A DNA stretch of 63,927 nucleotides, filler included, from Aduncisulcus paluster (Eukaryota), in NCBI GenBank assembly GCA_024181965.1. It is 7 parts of 7 records of this genome, joined end to end, with 100 filler letters (N's around TTAATTAATTAA, not from the genome) between each part and the next. Parts side by side here need not be neighbours in the genome. Positions count along the whole stretch, not along the records: positions 22,196 to 28,648 come from BQXS01012570.1; positions 28,749 to 39,770 come from BQXS01012573.1; 5 more parts are not named here. One strand, 5' to 3'. The translations under genes and the position numbers were made by a program. This document shows positions 23,641 through 35,700 of this stretch, one piece after another. The first letter of the stretch is position 1. Each line of letters begins with the position of its first letter. Under the pieces are notes generated by a model. The model was not told the origin of the DNA. It worked only from the letters and a program-made list of their open reading frames with translations, and did not search any database.

Positions 23641-26173
23641 CATATTGCTTGGGTTTGTTTGATATAGATTGATCTATTGATTTCGTAGTTTCCCCCGACG
23701 ATGTCTGTGTATTATTATGATTATCTATTCCATATTTCCTTTGTAATTCCTTATGTTCCCTTGAGACAACTGCACTATCTTCATGTATATCTGGGTTTAA
23801 GTATTGCCGATCAAAATCAGCATCATCACCATATTCATCGATATCTCCACAATCGCCACAGTCATCATTCCAGAAAGCCTCATAGCTCTCCGTGCCTCCT
23901 CGTTCGTATTGTTCATCCCTCATTAACTGGATATTATCATCATCTCTGGCTTCTTCAAGTGCTCCACTGACATGAGCTGAAGAAACAACATCAGGAAAGT
24001 GACAATCATTCTCTTTGCTAGAAATACCAATGACATGGCCACTTTCATCAGAACTGGCAAGAAGATCTTTCACGACAGTTGTTGACCTTTTCTTACCTAC
24101 CTTGACTTTTGCTGACTTCTTGATTAAACTTGACTTTTCCTTTGATTCATTACCCCTACGACTACTATCAATGGTAGCTCTCGCCATCATTTGTGAGAAC
24201 GAAGGGAGTGGGGTAGACATTGAGGCGAAGTTGTTATGTATTCCTCGATCAGTAGGGGGATCTCTAAGCATCACTCTCAGACGTCTGGAAGGTTCAATGT
24301 CTGGGATATCACAAGACTCATAATGGAGTGGGGATGCTGATGAGGACTGTGGATATACGATAGTTACACATCTCGACTGGGCATCCATAGTCGAGGAAGA
24401 GGATTGATGGGTGGTGGTTGGGTTATCTTCTTTCTCTTTCTCTCCCTCTTCTTCCTCTTCTATTTTTTCTTCCACTTTTTCTTTCTCTCTCTCTTTTTCT
24501 TTCTCTCCTGACTTCTTCTTCTTGCTTAAGGCTGTTGTTCGAGGATGGTCTTCTTCAAGTGTATGTTGTTCACATGTGTGTTGGTCATGAATAGGAGTGA
24601 GTTTCTCTGATAAATCTGCTGGTATTCTCAATGAAGAGGAGGAGGAAGTGTGTTGGTGAGTCTTTTCGACCGGCATTTTCCTTTCATTTCTCTCCCTCAC
24701 ACCTCCTAAAGAATCAACAGAAGAGTTATTTCTTACATCTCCGAGGGAGTGAAGCATTTTCTTCTTTGTTCTCATTCCATAGATATCCTCAAGACTCTTG
24801 TGTGAATGGTTCTTGTGTGAATGGCTCTTGTGTGAATGGTTCTTGTGACTACTATCAGATGTTCTGGATGTGGATATTCTCGATGAACTCTTTGTATTTG
24901 TTGAGTGGCGATGGGAATAAGTTGAATATGTTGACAGAGAAGAACTAGAGCTTATATCCTTTGTTTCTGACTCAGATTCTTCAACTTCTCGAGGTTTTCT
25001 CTGTTTATGTGTTTTATCAACTTTGCTAGCGTTAACGACACTTTTTCTTGGACTGTTCATTTCCTTTTCTCTCCTTACTTCTCTTTCTGTTCTTGAAGTG
25101 GTCTCTCTTCCAAATACTGTCGATGTGGCTTGTCGTTTATGTTTGATTGCATTGTTGTTGTGGCTGTGTAACTCATCAATGGTCATAATATGGTCTCTAG
25201 AAGCACTGACTCGAGAATAATCCATGCCACATTGCTTAGAAACACATGGATGGGAACGGATCGATGGAGAAGGAGGAAGGTGAGAAGGTACAGAGGCATG
25301 ATCACCGGACTCATACGATTCTACATGAGAGTGGGCTTGCTGGTCATGGTGCCCACGGGAGAAAGGTGTATATTGGCTACCATGGCTTTGACTCGCAGTT
25401 TTAGTCTTCTTTTTCATAGTCTTATGTTTGTGACGCAAATGATAACTGCTATTCCCACTTCTGGGTGGGTTATTATTCTTTGGTCGTGCAAAATGTTCGG
25501 ATATATCACCTTCTTTCAACCCTTTTGAACCAGAAATGACTGGGGTAACTCTTGGATCAGTGGACAATTCACAAACACCACTCCGAGTGTATTGAGGCTC
25601 TTGAGAAGGACTTTTTGAGTATAACTGTTCTTTGAAATGTTCTTTGGATGGAGTAGGAGTGAATGAAAATAATTGTCTTGTCCGATTAAAGTCAGGAGAA
25701 GCGGCACGTGGCCCAGGTTGCATGGAACGAAACGATTGGGAACCTGGATGTGTGCTCGCAAAATCTTGTAAATGGTCTTGGTGAAATGGAGGTTTTGTTT
25801 CTCTTTTTTTCTCAAAAGATTCAGTTTCAAAAAGACATGAATGTGGATGAGATAATTGAGAAGACTGTCGGGAACTTCTCCTTTTTGATCGAATGGAAGA
25901 AACGGCTTCAGCATCATAATATGTTCTTTGAGAAGGAGAAGATTGAGTCTGTGGTTCCTCTTCCTTTCGTTTTTTAGAAGAAAAGCCAGTTAATGCAAGA
26001 ATATCTCTGGATATACTTCCGGAATCTGGCAACATAAAAGACGAACATTCTTTTTTTGGCTTTGATTTAAGTTCTTCGAATCTTTGTCTCGAAAAGAAAT
26101 CTCTTTGCTTTTCCGACACAGACTTCTCTCGAGTGGTTAAAAATCTCTTTCTATTATAAGTCCAATTTTGCAT
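22196..26173 (-). CDS. Large disordered protein ending in a coiled-coil repeat array; possibly the 5' part of the kinase gene
   Basis: 1341-aa ORF open into the gap; Ser/His/Lys-rich, followed by 21-aa repeats; same strand as the downstream kinase ORF. Confidence 0.8.
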
Positions 26174-26561
26174 AAAATAAACAAATGATTAAAATTTCTT
26201 ATTATTTTGAAGTCAAAAAAGTGCTAATTCATCTTCCTTGTTCTTCGGGATATCGATTATTCCACCAAACACTGGGTGACGTTGTTTTTCATTGGCTTAT
26301 GATGTTCTTATGCCGTAAAATATTATCATTTCAAAATAAATAATATATATTAAAGATCAATGATCTTGATATACATTGATATTACAATAAAAGCAAAGGA
26401 AATTCGAGAAATATTAAAAATAAAACTATTTTTTGTAGAATGATTTATAAAAGGGATAAATTATCAGTTATTAAAAAGAAATTAGCCAAAATAAATTCGA
26501 ATATATATAAAACCCCGAATCCATAAAAAAACGATCCGATTTTGTCGAAAATCAACATATA

Positions 26562-27524
26562 ATGAGATCATCAACAATTGGAGCTCCATTTTCTCCTTAT
26601 AAATTGTATAGTTCATCAAGTTATTTGCCGAGGAAAACCCTTGAAAAAATGGTTCGGAAAATAGATACTCTAGATAAGCAAACATCCATAGTATTAGATG
26701 CTGTCAGGTCAAGAAATAGATGTATTCTTTCTCATATCGGTGAAGGCGAGGAGGCTATTGTGAATGGTGATGCTTTTCATCCAGATGATATTCCTATTGA
26801 TGAAAGGGTAAAACTCTGTCGTGAGAAAGGCATTGAAGGAGAAGAATACATACACACAGCGAAGTTTGTTGGTATTAAGGCCGTATGTCTCAAAGAAACA
26901 AAAAATGAGGGGCAAAGCGATGAAAGTGCTTCAACTGGATTTGGTGCTTCTTCAGTATTAATCCCCGATAAAGAAAGCTCAATCGTGTCTAAAAACAATG
27001 GGGAAGAATTGAATTTATCCGATAAAAAGGAAGAAGACAAATATGGTGATGAGAAAGAAGATCCGATGACAAAACCGGAAGAACCTGAGCCAAAAAGTGA
27101 ACAATTAAAGGAAGCATTGGAACACTCTGAAGCGCTTACCAAATCTCAACAGCTTGGTTCCTCTTCTTCTTCCAGTGTTGTTGCTGATTCTCCTGGATCT
27201 CTTCCCCCTAATCTCGATGGATCGATGCACGTCAGCCAACTTCACCAACAATCTCTGCAACAAAGACATGAACAAAGGGAGAAAATGAAGCAGATTCGTG
27301 ACGATGATCAATTGAAGAGCAGTGTTTGTGAGTTTTCTTCGTTTAATGTTCCAAAGTATACCTGTGAATGTGGGCTTCAGGAACCATCTGCCTTCTCGTG
27401 GCATAGTAGATTTGAGAGTTCAAAAACGATTGTCACTCAATCATTGAAGCTTCTAATTAATGCCATCACCGAAGAACCGTCTGCTTCTCATGTTGCTCTT
27501 CCTTTGCACCTTTATGGTGAATGA
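26562..27524 (+). CDS. Hypothetical protein
   Basis: 320-aa ORF divergent from 26173, flanked by AT-rich intergenic DNA. Confidence 0.7.
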   Translation: MRSSTIGAPFSPYKLYSSSSYLPRKTLEKMVRKIDTLDKQTSIVLDAVRSRNRCILSHIGEGEEAIVNGDAFHPDDIPIDERVKLCREKGIEGEEYIHTAKFVGIKAVCLKETKNEGQSDESASTGFGASSVLIPDKESSIVSKNNGEELNLSDKKEEDKYGDEKEDPMTKPEEPEPKSEQLKEALEHSEALTKSQQLGSSSSSSVVADSPGSLPPNLDGSMHVSQLHQQSLQQRHEQREKMKQIRDDDQLKSSVCEFSSFNVPKYTCECGLQEPSAFSWHSRFESSKTIVTQSLKLLINAITEEPSASHVALPLHLYGE

Positions 27525-27848
27525 AATGGCTCCTTATTGCTCAATGACTTTAGTATTGATTTAATTTAATTTATTTACAATGAATCATTGTCAATGATTC
27601 AAAAAATTTTTTTGGGAGTGGCGAGGTCCATTCAAAATTAATGCCACATCACAATTCTCCTTTTCCAATTCACAGCTAAGCAACCTCATCCGGTATTGGC
27701 GTTTTGAATCGTTATGATAACAAACAAATCTTTTCAATTATTGAAGTTCAATAGAATGAGGGTTGAATATTTATATCCGATATTTCTAATTCTGAGAGAG
27801 TCGAATAAACACTGTTGAAACATGGATAAGTAGTGATAGAGTTTGAGC

Positions 27849-28648
27849 CTAAACATGTTCAATGGTCTCAATCTCACCACTCATGATAGGCTCCATATGA
27901 TCATACTCTTGGACATGTGTTGTATCATGATGTCCAGGAATAGGAGTAGATCCAACGAGTCCTGTTGGCATTGGGGTTGGTGGCATTGATGGGTCTGAAA
28001 CAATCCTATCCCCAGACAATGTACCAGAGCCTGTGGGAATAATGGGAATATCGACAGGTTGGGGATGAATTGGTTGTTGTTGAGTTTCAATGACTGGACG
28101 GGGTTGAGGAAATTGTTGATGGGGAGGAATAGTTGACTTCCTAAACATGGGATTACTAACCATTTGCATCTCAGGGAGATCACGGCTATTCTGACCAGAC
28201 ACATTCTTTCTCTTATGAGTACTCTTTTTCTTTGAAGATTTAGAAGAACATGAACACTTCACAATTATTACAACTACAACACAAACAACTGCAACACTAC
28301 CACAAATGATCAAAACGAGAACCCAAGTCTCCATTGAGGATGAGATAACATTTTCACATGAATCTCCTCCAAACCCATCATTGCACTGACATGTCACTAA
28401 TTCTAAACCATTTTCTGTTGTGAATTTACACGTTCCATTTCCAGAACAATCGACCTCAGCGACACATTCCAATTGACATGCAGACCCAAAGAATGTGTCA
28501 TTGGAACAAGAACACATACTAAAGGCATAGTTACAAGTTCCATTGCTGCTACAAACATTACCGTTAGAATCGGTCGGACATTGACTTGAACATTCATCCC
28601 CAAACCATCCATCGAAACATTCACACACAGTTGTTGAAAGATCACTCG
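27849..28648 (-). CDS. EGF/tenascin-like repeat type I membrane protein, C-terminal part
   Basis: CECFDGWFGDEC, CSSNGTC...CSC...FFGSAC, CSGNGTC...CQCNDGFGGDSC; TM WVLVLIICGSVAVVCVVVVIIV; basic stop-transfer and Pro-rich tail. Confidence 0.9.
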
Positions 28649-28748
28649 NNNNNNNNNNNNNNNNNNNNNNNNNNNNNNNNNNNNNNNNNNNNTTAATTAA
28701 TTAANNNNNNNNNNNNNNNNNNNNNNNNNNNNNNNNNNNNNNNNNNNN

Positions 28749-30148
28749 ACTCAACTGGCCTTGTATATATATATCTATTGAGGAAAACAAGGGAGTCGAT
28801 TCCACGGTATCGCTCGGTTTTCTCAATCCATTTATCTCTCCCTTCAATATCACATTGAACAACATTATATATTCCAATGGGTATGAAATGCCATTCCTGA
28901 TAATAAACAGGCTCTCTGAATTCATATTTTTCATATGTCATTTTTCCATCAGAATCAGTGAAAGTAAAGAGAAGGTATCGGCAACTGTGACTCTTTGCCA
29001 AACAGATATATGCACCTTCGATATAGCCAGGAGATGAGAACTCAATGGAAAGGTGGGTAAACCACACTGATCTATTTCCTTCCAACATTTTTTGTGCATC
29101 CAAACTCACATCATATTCTGTTGATTCCTTACAATATGAATCATTCTTTGCTTTAACCGTCTTAAAAGGAGGTTTAATGACAGCCTTATCATCAAAAGGA
29201 ATGGGAATGAAAGAGAAATTTCCGGCTTTCATGTATTTTGTCTTTGTAATGGACTAATATGGCATATTGTGATAATGAGGATAATAAAATAAGATTTTTG
29301 AATAAAAGGTGATTGTAAAAACATAAACAAACAAAAAAATAAACATACGGTTTCACTCCATCGAGTTTCTTTCTCTTCACGAAGGGTAACTTCAGCTGTT
29401 GTTTCTTCTCGGACAAATGCAAGAGATTCAATTGAAAAGATACGATAATTTACATTAATACCCCTTCTTTTTCCTCGAATCTCACACGATACAACATTAT
29501 TCAAATCAATTTCAATTGATTCTTCAGGGTTCAATTGGAAGGAAATACCACTCATATGAATCTTTACGATCTGTGAATTCATACTTCTTGGATGTCTTCT
29601 TGCCTTCACAATCGGTGAAAGTGAAGAGAAGAAGAGTGGGTGCATTAGAAAAAGGGCTCAAGCAGATATAAGCACCTTTAATTGGGCTTGGTGGAAAAGG
29701 AATAGAAAGATAGGATAATTCAACAAAAAGCTTCCCTTTGAGCATATCTTGTGCTCTTGAACTTTGGTCATTCTTCACAATACCATGTATTTCTCCATTT
29801 ACATCTTTATATGAAGGATCAATGACTGATGGACTGTCACGAGGAATTGGAATAGAAGAGCTGCCTCCTTCATTCACAAATTTCGGTTCTATAGCTTTAG
29901 CTTCAGACCATATAGGTTGAGTCTATCACATTAAATTGAAAGATATGAAGATTTAAAGTGAAAATGTAAGAATTGAAAATACTTCAAGAAATTTAACAAA
30001 AAAAAAAAGACAAACATACAAGAGTTGAGATAATTGGTAATTGAGTTGAAGGATGGAAAGGGTTATCCAATTCTTCTTCGCTTCTCTCATCGTGGTCAAA
30101 TTCATCTCCATCATAGGACAATTCTGATTCTAATTCAGTTGGAAGCAT
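28749..30148 (-). pseudogene. Lineage-specific repeat-family gene (IPIPRD.../GAYIC.../KKYEF/EWYFLPI units), two introns, one frameshifting insertion
   Basis: ATG 30148 (MLPTELESE); phase-0 GTATG..TAG introns at 30019-29923 and 29348-29254 join the ORFs in frame; 25-bp insertion at 29506-29530 shifts frame. Confidence 0.7.
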
Positions 30149-30344
30149 TTAATAATATTTCACTGGGATTTACAAATAAAAATATCACCTCAAAAAAATG
30201 GGCATTGTTCTTAACTCGGAGAAAATGGAGATTTTTACCTCAAGTTATTCAATACTATTGTTAGGCTAACTGAGAAAGTGTCTCGTTTAATACTTTCACT
30301 TCTGAAAGGGGCCAAATTTACGATTTCAAATAAAATCAAAATAA

Positions 30345-31240
30345 TTATTCTTTCCATTTTCCACCAAACTCGATTCCCTTACACTCGTTCCAAAGTTTGG
30401 AATCCAATTTCTTGGTCGTTTCTTTTCTTGAAGAAGAAGTGAACTTGAAGAAAAGCTGGTGAGAAGGCAAATAATCCTTCTCAAACAAAATGTATGCACC
30501 TTTAGCGGTGCTTGGTTTTGGAAAATGACGTTTCGCAGGATTGACATGTTCCAATTTAATGTACTCGAATTCAGCAAAAATAAGGGTTGAATTTCGAGGG
30601 ATAGGAATCGTATAAGAAGGGAGTTCAAGAGAAATTGGTTGAGCTTCAATAGTATCAGTATCAATCTACAAACAAACAAACAAAGTTGGCACAAATAGTC
30701 ATTTTAGAGTTAGAATAGAACGGGAAAAAAAGGGGTAAAAACAAAGAAATTGTAACATACAGTGGGTAATCTTCTAGAACCTGAACTTATGAATGATGAT
30801 TCTTCTGATTCTTTCGACGTTTCATCTTCTCTCCCCTCATTCCTGGCATTCTCGACAGNNNNNNNNNNNNNNNNNNNNAGTTGGCACAAATAGTCATTTT
30901 AGAGTTAGAATAGAACGGGAAAAAAAGGGGTAAAAACAAAGAAATTGTAACATACAGTGGGTAATCTTCTAGAACCTGAACTTATGAATGATGATTCTTC
31001 TGATTCTTTCGACGTTTCATCTTCTCTCCCCTCATTCCTGGCATTCTCGACAGTAGAGTCTAAAACACTAGATTTTGCCGAATCTGATTCTAATTCAATT
31101 GAAGGGGGTAAAACACAAGATATTGAATCTTTAAATGGTGATTCTTTAGATTTTGTATCTTCTCTTTCCTCATCCATGGCAGGAGAGCTTTCTGAAACAC
31201 TAGATGTTGTTGGCGGTTCTTTTGAATCGATTAGAGGCAT
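30345..31240 (-). CDS. Shorter, degenerate tandem paralogue of the same family (one intron)
   Basis: ATG 31240 (MPLIDSKE); GTATG donor at 30955, acceptor at 30666; exon 2 reads IPIPRNS...KGAYIL. 20-N gap with duplicated flank at 30859-30878. Confidence 0.6.
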
Positions 31241-31962
31241 TTTATAATATTGCACAGCAATTTACAAATAAAAATTTCCCCTCAAAAAAATGGGTATTGT
31301 TCTTAACACGGAGAAAATGGACAATTCGTTCCAAACTCCAATTCTATCGATATTGACAATATAACCAAGGAAGTCCATGTCATGAGAGTGATATAAATGT
31401 ATAAATCTGTGAACTAAAAAACATCTATATTTGATAATATTGTTGACATCCAGAGATAGGAAAATGAATGCCGGAATGGCGTGTATAGTGTATAATTTCA
31501 TACATTGGGGGGATTTATTGGGACATAAATAAATACTTATTAATAAAATCCATGAAATAATTTTCCGTTTCCTTGGGTATTATCAAATCTTCTTTACTTG
31601 GGATTATCTCTCGAAATAGGAAGGTTTGTGGTGTTATTGTCGAAATTTCTGAACTTTATGGAATAAACTTTACATTAACAGAGCGATATCAACCTCTATG
31701 GGAGTAAAGTCTCAAGCAAAACCATAATGGTTTAACCATTTCTCAATAAAACAACCTTTTCCACCTCTTATCATTAGCAGAGGATAAAAATAGATTGTTC
31801 TGAGATATCTTTCCTCATTAAGCTTGAATAATATATCGAAAAAAATGCTGGAAGTGGACAGACTTATGATAGAAAAGTTGATATTGAGAAGGAAGTAAAG
31901 TCCTTGAATCTTACAATATATATTGAAATGGACATGAAAACTATAAGAGTCCTTATCTTCAT

Positions 31963-32610
31963 TCACATAATTACGATATTTGAAGCATATTTCAGCGCTA
32001 AATGTCTCATTATCAGGACAAATATAATGACTACGAGTAATATACATCCAATGACAATGTGATAGTGCCTTCCACGGAGACCTTCTTTAAGTTTCTCTAA
32101 TAAAGCTTCAAAAAGCATGACGAAATGATCCATACTAAACGGTTCCACCGATATTGGCGGAGTTTTCCTTTCCTCTTCAACGTGCGGACGAGACTGTATC
32201 TGTTTCTCAAGAGAAGACACCTTTTTGGTTTTCTCAGCCAATTTTTCTTCAGCTTCTTTCAGTCTTTGTTCGGATTCTTCCATTTTCTGAATTAATTTCT
32301 TTCTTTCAAGAGCCTCGCCTTGTTTCTTAGATTCCAACTTAAGATATGCTTGATACGCCAAATCTAAATCCTCATGACATTGCCGAGCTTGAGACGACAT
32401 CTCTCTTAAACCTCTAATCGCTGGTTCTTGAGGGGATATTGGGGATGACAAAGTAGCGCTAAATGAAGAAGAAGGGCTTTGAGGAGGCAAATTACCTTCT
32501 AAAGGTTTCTTTTTTGGAGTATGAAAATCAACCAACGAGTCAAAAACGGGTTTAGGTGGCAGACCTTTAGGTTTCATAGCAAGATCTCGTGAATTCGGAG
32601 TGAGTGGCAT
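31963..32610 (-). CDS. Coiled-coil protein with C-terminal transmembrane anchor
   Basis: 215-aa ORF; central heptads; IVIGCILLVVIIFVLIM near the C-terminus. Confidence 0.75.
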   Translation of the reverse strand: MPLTPNSRDLAMKPKGLPPKPVFDSLVDFHTPKKKPLEGNLPPQSPSSSFSATLSSPISPQEPAIRGLREMSSQARQCHEDLDLAYQAYLKLESKKQGEALERKKLIQKMEESEQRLKEAEEKLAEKTKKVSSLEKQIQSRPHVEEERKTPPISVEPFSMDHFVMLFEALLEKLKEGLRGRHYHIVIGCILLVVIIFVLIMRHLALKYASNIVIM

Positions 32611-32757
32611 TTAAAAAAGAAAAAATGTATTTCTTGATTGGATTATTTATATAATAAATGGAAATTTGCCACAATATTAATGAAATTTTGTTAATAGTGG
32701 ACAAAACTCGACCCAAGAAGTAAACTCCAGTAAAACAACAATAAATCAGAAATTAAT

Positions 32758-35700
32758 TTATTCTTTTTGTCCAGTTTTGAAACGGGTTACACGTAATTTT
32801 AATTTATGAACGATTTTGCGACCTCTTTCGTCCAAATGCAAAGAAATGGCGGAACTATCATGATAAGCCAATTCCACAGCTTCCAAGCCGCTAGATAACG
32901 CATCAATAGCAACCAACAAATAGAAGCAATCATCTTTCATTGTTTTTACAACGGATTTACCCTTTTTGCCACTTCCGGCAATCTCCAAAATGGTTCTCTT
33001 GACGGCATTAAGAATTTGTTTAGCCACAATATTCTTCTCAGATTCATCTAAATCATCTGTAAGCTCAAGGATGATATCTCTAAAATGATTCTTTGGAGTA
33101 GTTTTCTTTCTTTTGCTTCCTCCAGATGTTTCCAACCCAGTTCCAATAGTTTCATCTTCACTGTCGTCTTCAAGCTGTATTTTAAAGATCTTCTCTTTCT
33201 TTTCCACCATTCCAGCCTCGATAAAGTTATTACCTTCGTTACATGTGAACATGAAATCTCCATTCTTAATGCCAACAATCACTGACAAACAATTAGGTAT
33301 GGCTGAGCACAAGCAAGATTGACTCTTGTGGCCGCACAATTCAAGAGCTTTCATCATAATTGTTGGAATATGGGTATTTGAAGGATTGGAAAGAGACAAG
33401 AAATGACCTGAAAAGAGACGAATTAAACATAAGTCACTCACAATCACACCTGGTTTGATAACATCAGCACGTAACAGATTTACACATATATAAATAGCAC
33501 AGTTTCTCAAATCGCTATTATTAGAATACATGAATCTTCTCAAAATGCGGAGAATGTCTCCGTCTTGCATCTTTGAAGGGTATTTCATAGCGCAATCATG
33601 AATGCACTGCAAACAAGCACCTTGGGTCTGAGATATTGTCTCGACTGATTTAGAACATGTCAAAATATCACATAATAGGGGTAAATGTTCCTCAAATAGG
33701 GGTTCACAACACACTAGAATGGAGGATAAAGTTGGAATTAACTGACACAGATCCTCATCAAGAAGAGCATTTCCTTCACCATCATGACCAGTCGCAAGGA
33801 ATTCTCGAATAACCTGAACGACCGCAGATACAAACCCATGCATGTATCTCCCTATTTTATCCTCCTCAATGCATCCTTCCACATGCTCTGTTCCACCAAT
33901 ACCCAATCCTTGAGCAATATCTTGAGTATGAGACAACGCACATATTTGTCCCTGAACTATATCTATTTCGTTATTCATCTCTTCTATCTCTTCCTGGACA
34001 GCAGAGTATTGTTCATCCATCTTGGCTTGTTCTTGCTTTGTTTTGCATGACATTCCTTGGATACTTACAAGCTCATGCTCAAGACCATCTCTTTTCTCTT
34101 GGAGTTGAATTCTAAATGATTCCAGGGCCAAACATTTTGTTGCAACAGCTCGAGTAATAACATGTGCAGGGATAGCCAAAGAATCTAACGTCTTGAAAGA
34201 TCTACTCGAATCAACAAGAGATACGGCTTCTTGTACAAGTTTAGAACATCCACACAGAATGGATAGAGGCGGGACTATCTCAGCAATCATACAATGGAAA
34301 TTAGTGAGTGATATGTGATGGCAAGAAGGATCGTACTCACGACATAGGAACAGAAATGAAGCAAGAGTTCTTGTCAAAATACTGGATATGAAAGGTGGTA
34401 AAGAAGAGACAGAAGATTCACGAGAGTCATTAGCAAAGAAAGGAACAACAAAATGTGATAATATCTTTGCAAATAATTCCATACTCGTGATTCTGGTGGA
34501 GATAGAAGCCCCCTCACACAGCACAAGACCTTCAAATGGAAGTTTAACAATTGGCAAGAAGGATTTTAGAACAGACAAAGGGAGATTTGATGCTACAGCA
34601 CACAATAAGAGTGCAGAATGTCTTCGAACCGTATGAGTTTTGTTATATACAGCCGTCATAGCTGCGTCATTATCTGATCCATCACCATTATCATCATTTC
34701 CCTTACCACTCTCTCTTGATAATGTATCCACAGACACAGTAGACGTTGGTTTATAGCATGTTGATTGCATTAATACTTCACAAACATACTGTGGATGCAA
34801 CATAGGTACAGTCTTGGTAGATACTCTTAATGTCTTGGACTTCTCAGCTCTCCTTTTAACATGATACTCCAGGGCTTTACGACTCAATTTACCCACAGCA
34901 GAGAGCAAGTGAGGAACTAGATCGGAGGGGAGGTGATCAAGAACATCTAAGAGGTGTAGAGCAACAACGAAAGCAAGTTGTTTCTTCTTAGAAAGACCCT
35001 TCACACCACCTTTCTTAGTTGATTTCCTCCTCTTCTTACTCTTACTCTTGCTTCTTCTTCTTGCTTCCGATCTTTCCTCTTCCTTTCTTGGTTGATTTAC
35101 GTTGGATATATCCACTATCTTCGCTATCTTCAAATTCATCCTCATCCTCAGATTCATCCTCAGAATCCTCAGAATCCTCAGAATCCTCATCATCTTCATC
35201 ACCTAAGTCTTCCAGATCGTCAAGAGCCCACTTAACAGCCCTTCCAACCTCATTCACACCCACCTCAGCCACTTCCCTGTTATTGTGCATTGTCAGTGAT
35301 AATATAGGAAGGATAGTTTGGAATGCATGTTCATAGACAACGACTCCACATCTACTTATACAACATACAGCCTTTTTGATCTCTCTGACTGATGTAGCTG
35401 GACGTTGTATGATAGTCTGTGGTATTACATTCATAAGACAATGCGAGATAATCCCATGAACAGCACAAAGTGAAGATAACATGGAACTCTCCTTCACATT
35501 ATCTTCTTCCTCCTCTTCTTCTTGTTCATCTTCTTCCTCTTCTTCTTGTTCATCTTCTTGTTCTTCGACATAGTCTTCCTCTTCCTTTTTAACCTTCTTT
35601 TCTAATTCTACATCTTTATCTTCACTTACTTCACTGACATTCTTCTCTCTCTTCCTCTTTTCTTCCTCTTCTTTCCTCTTCCTTTCTTCTTCTTTCCTCT

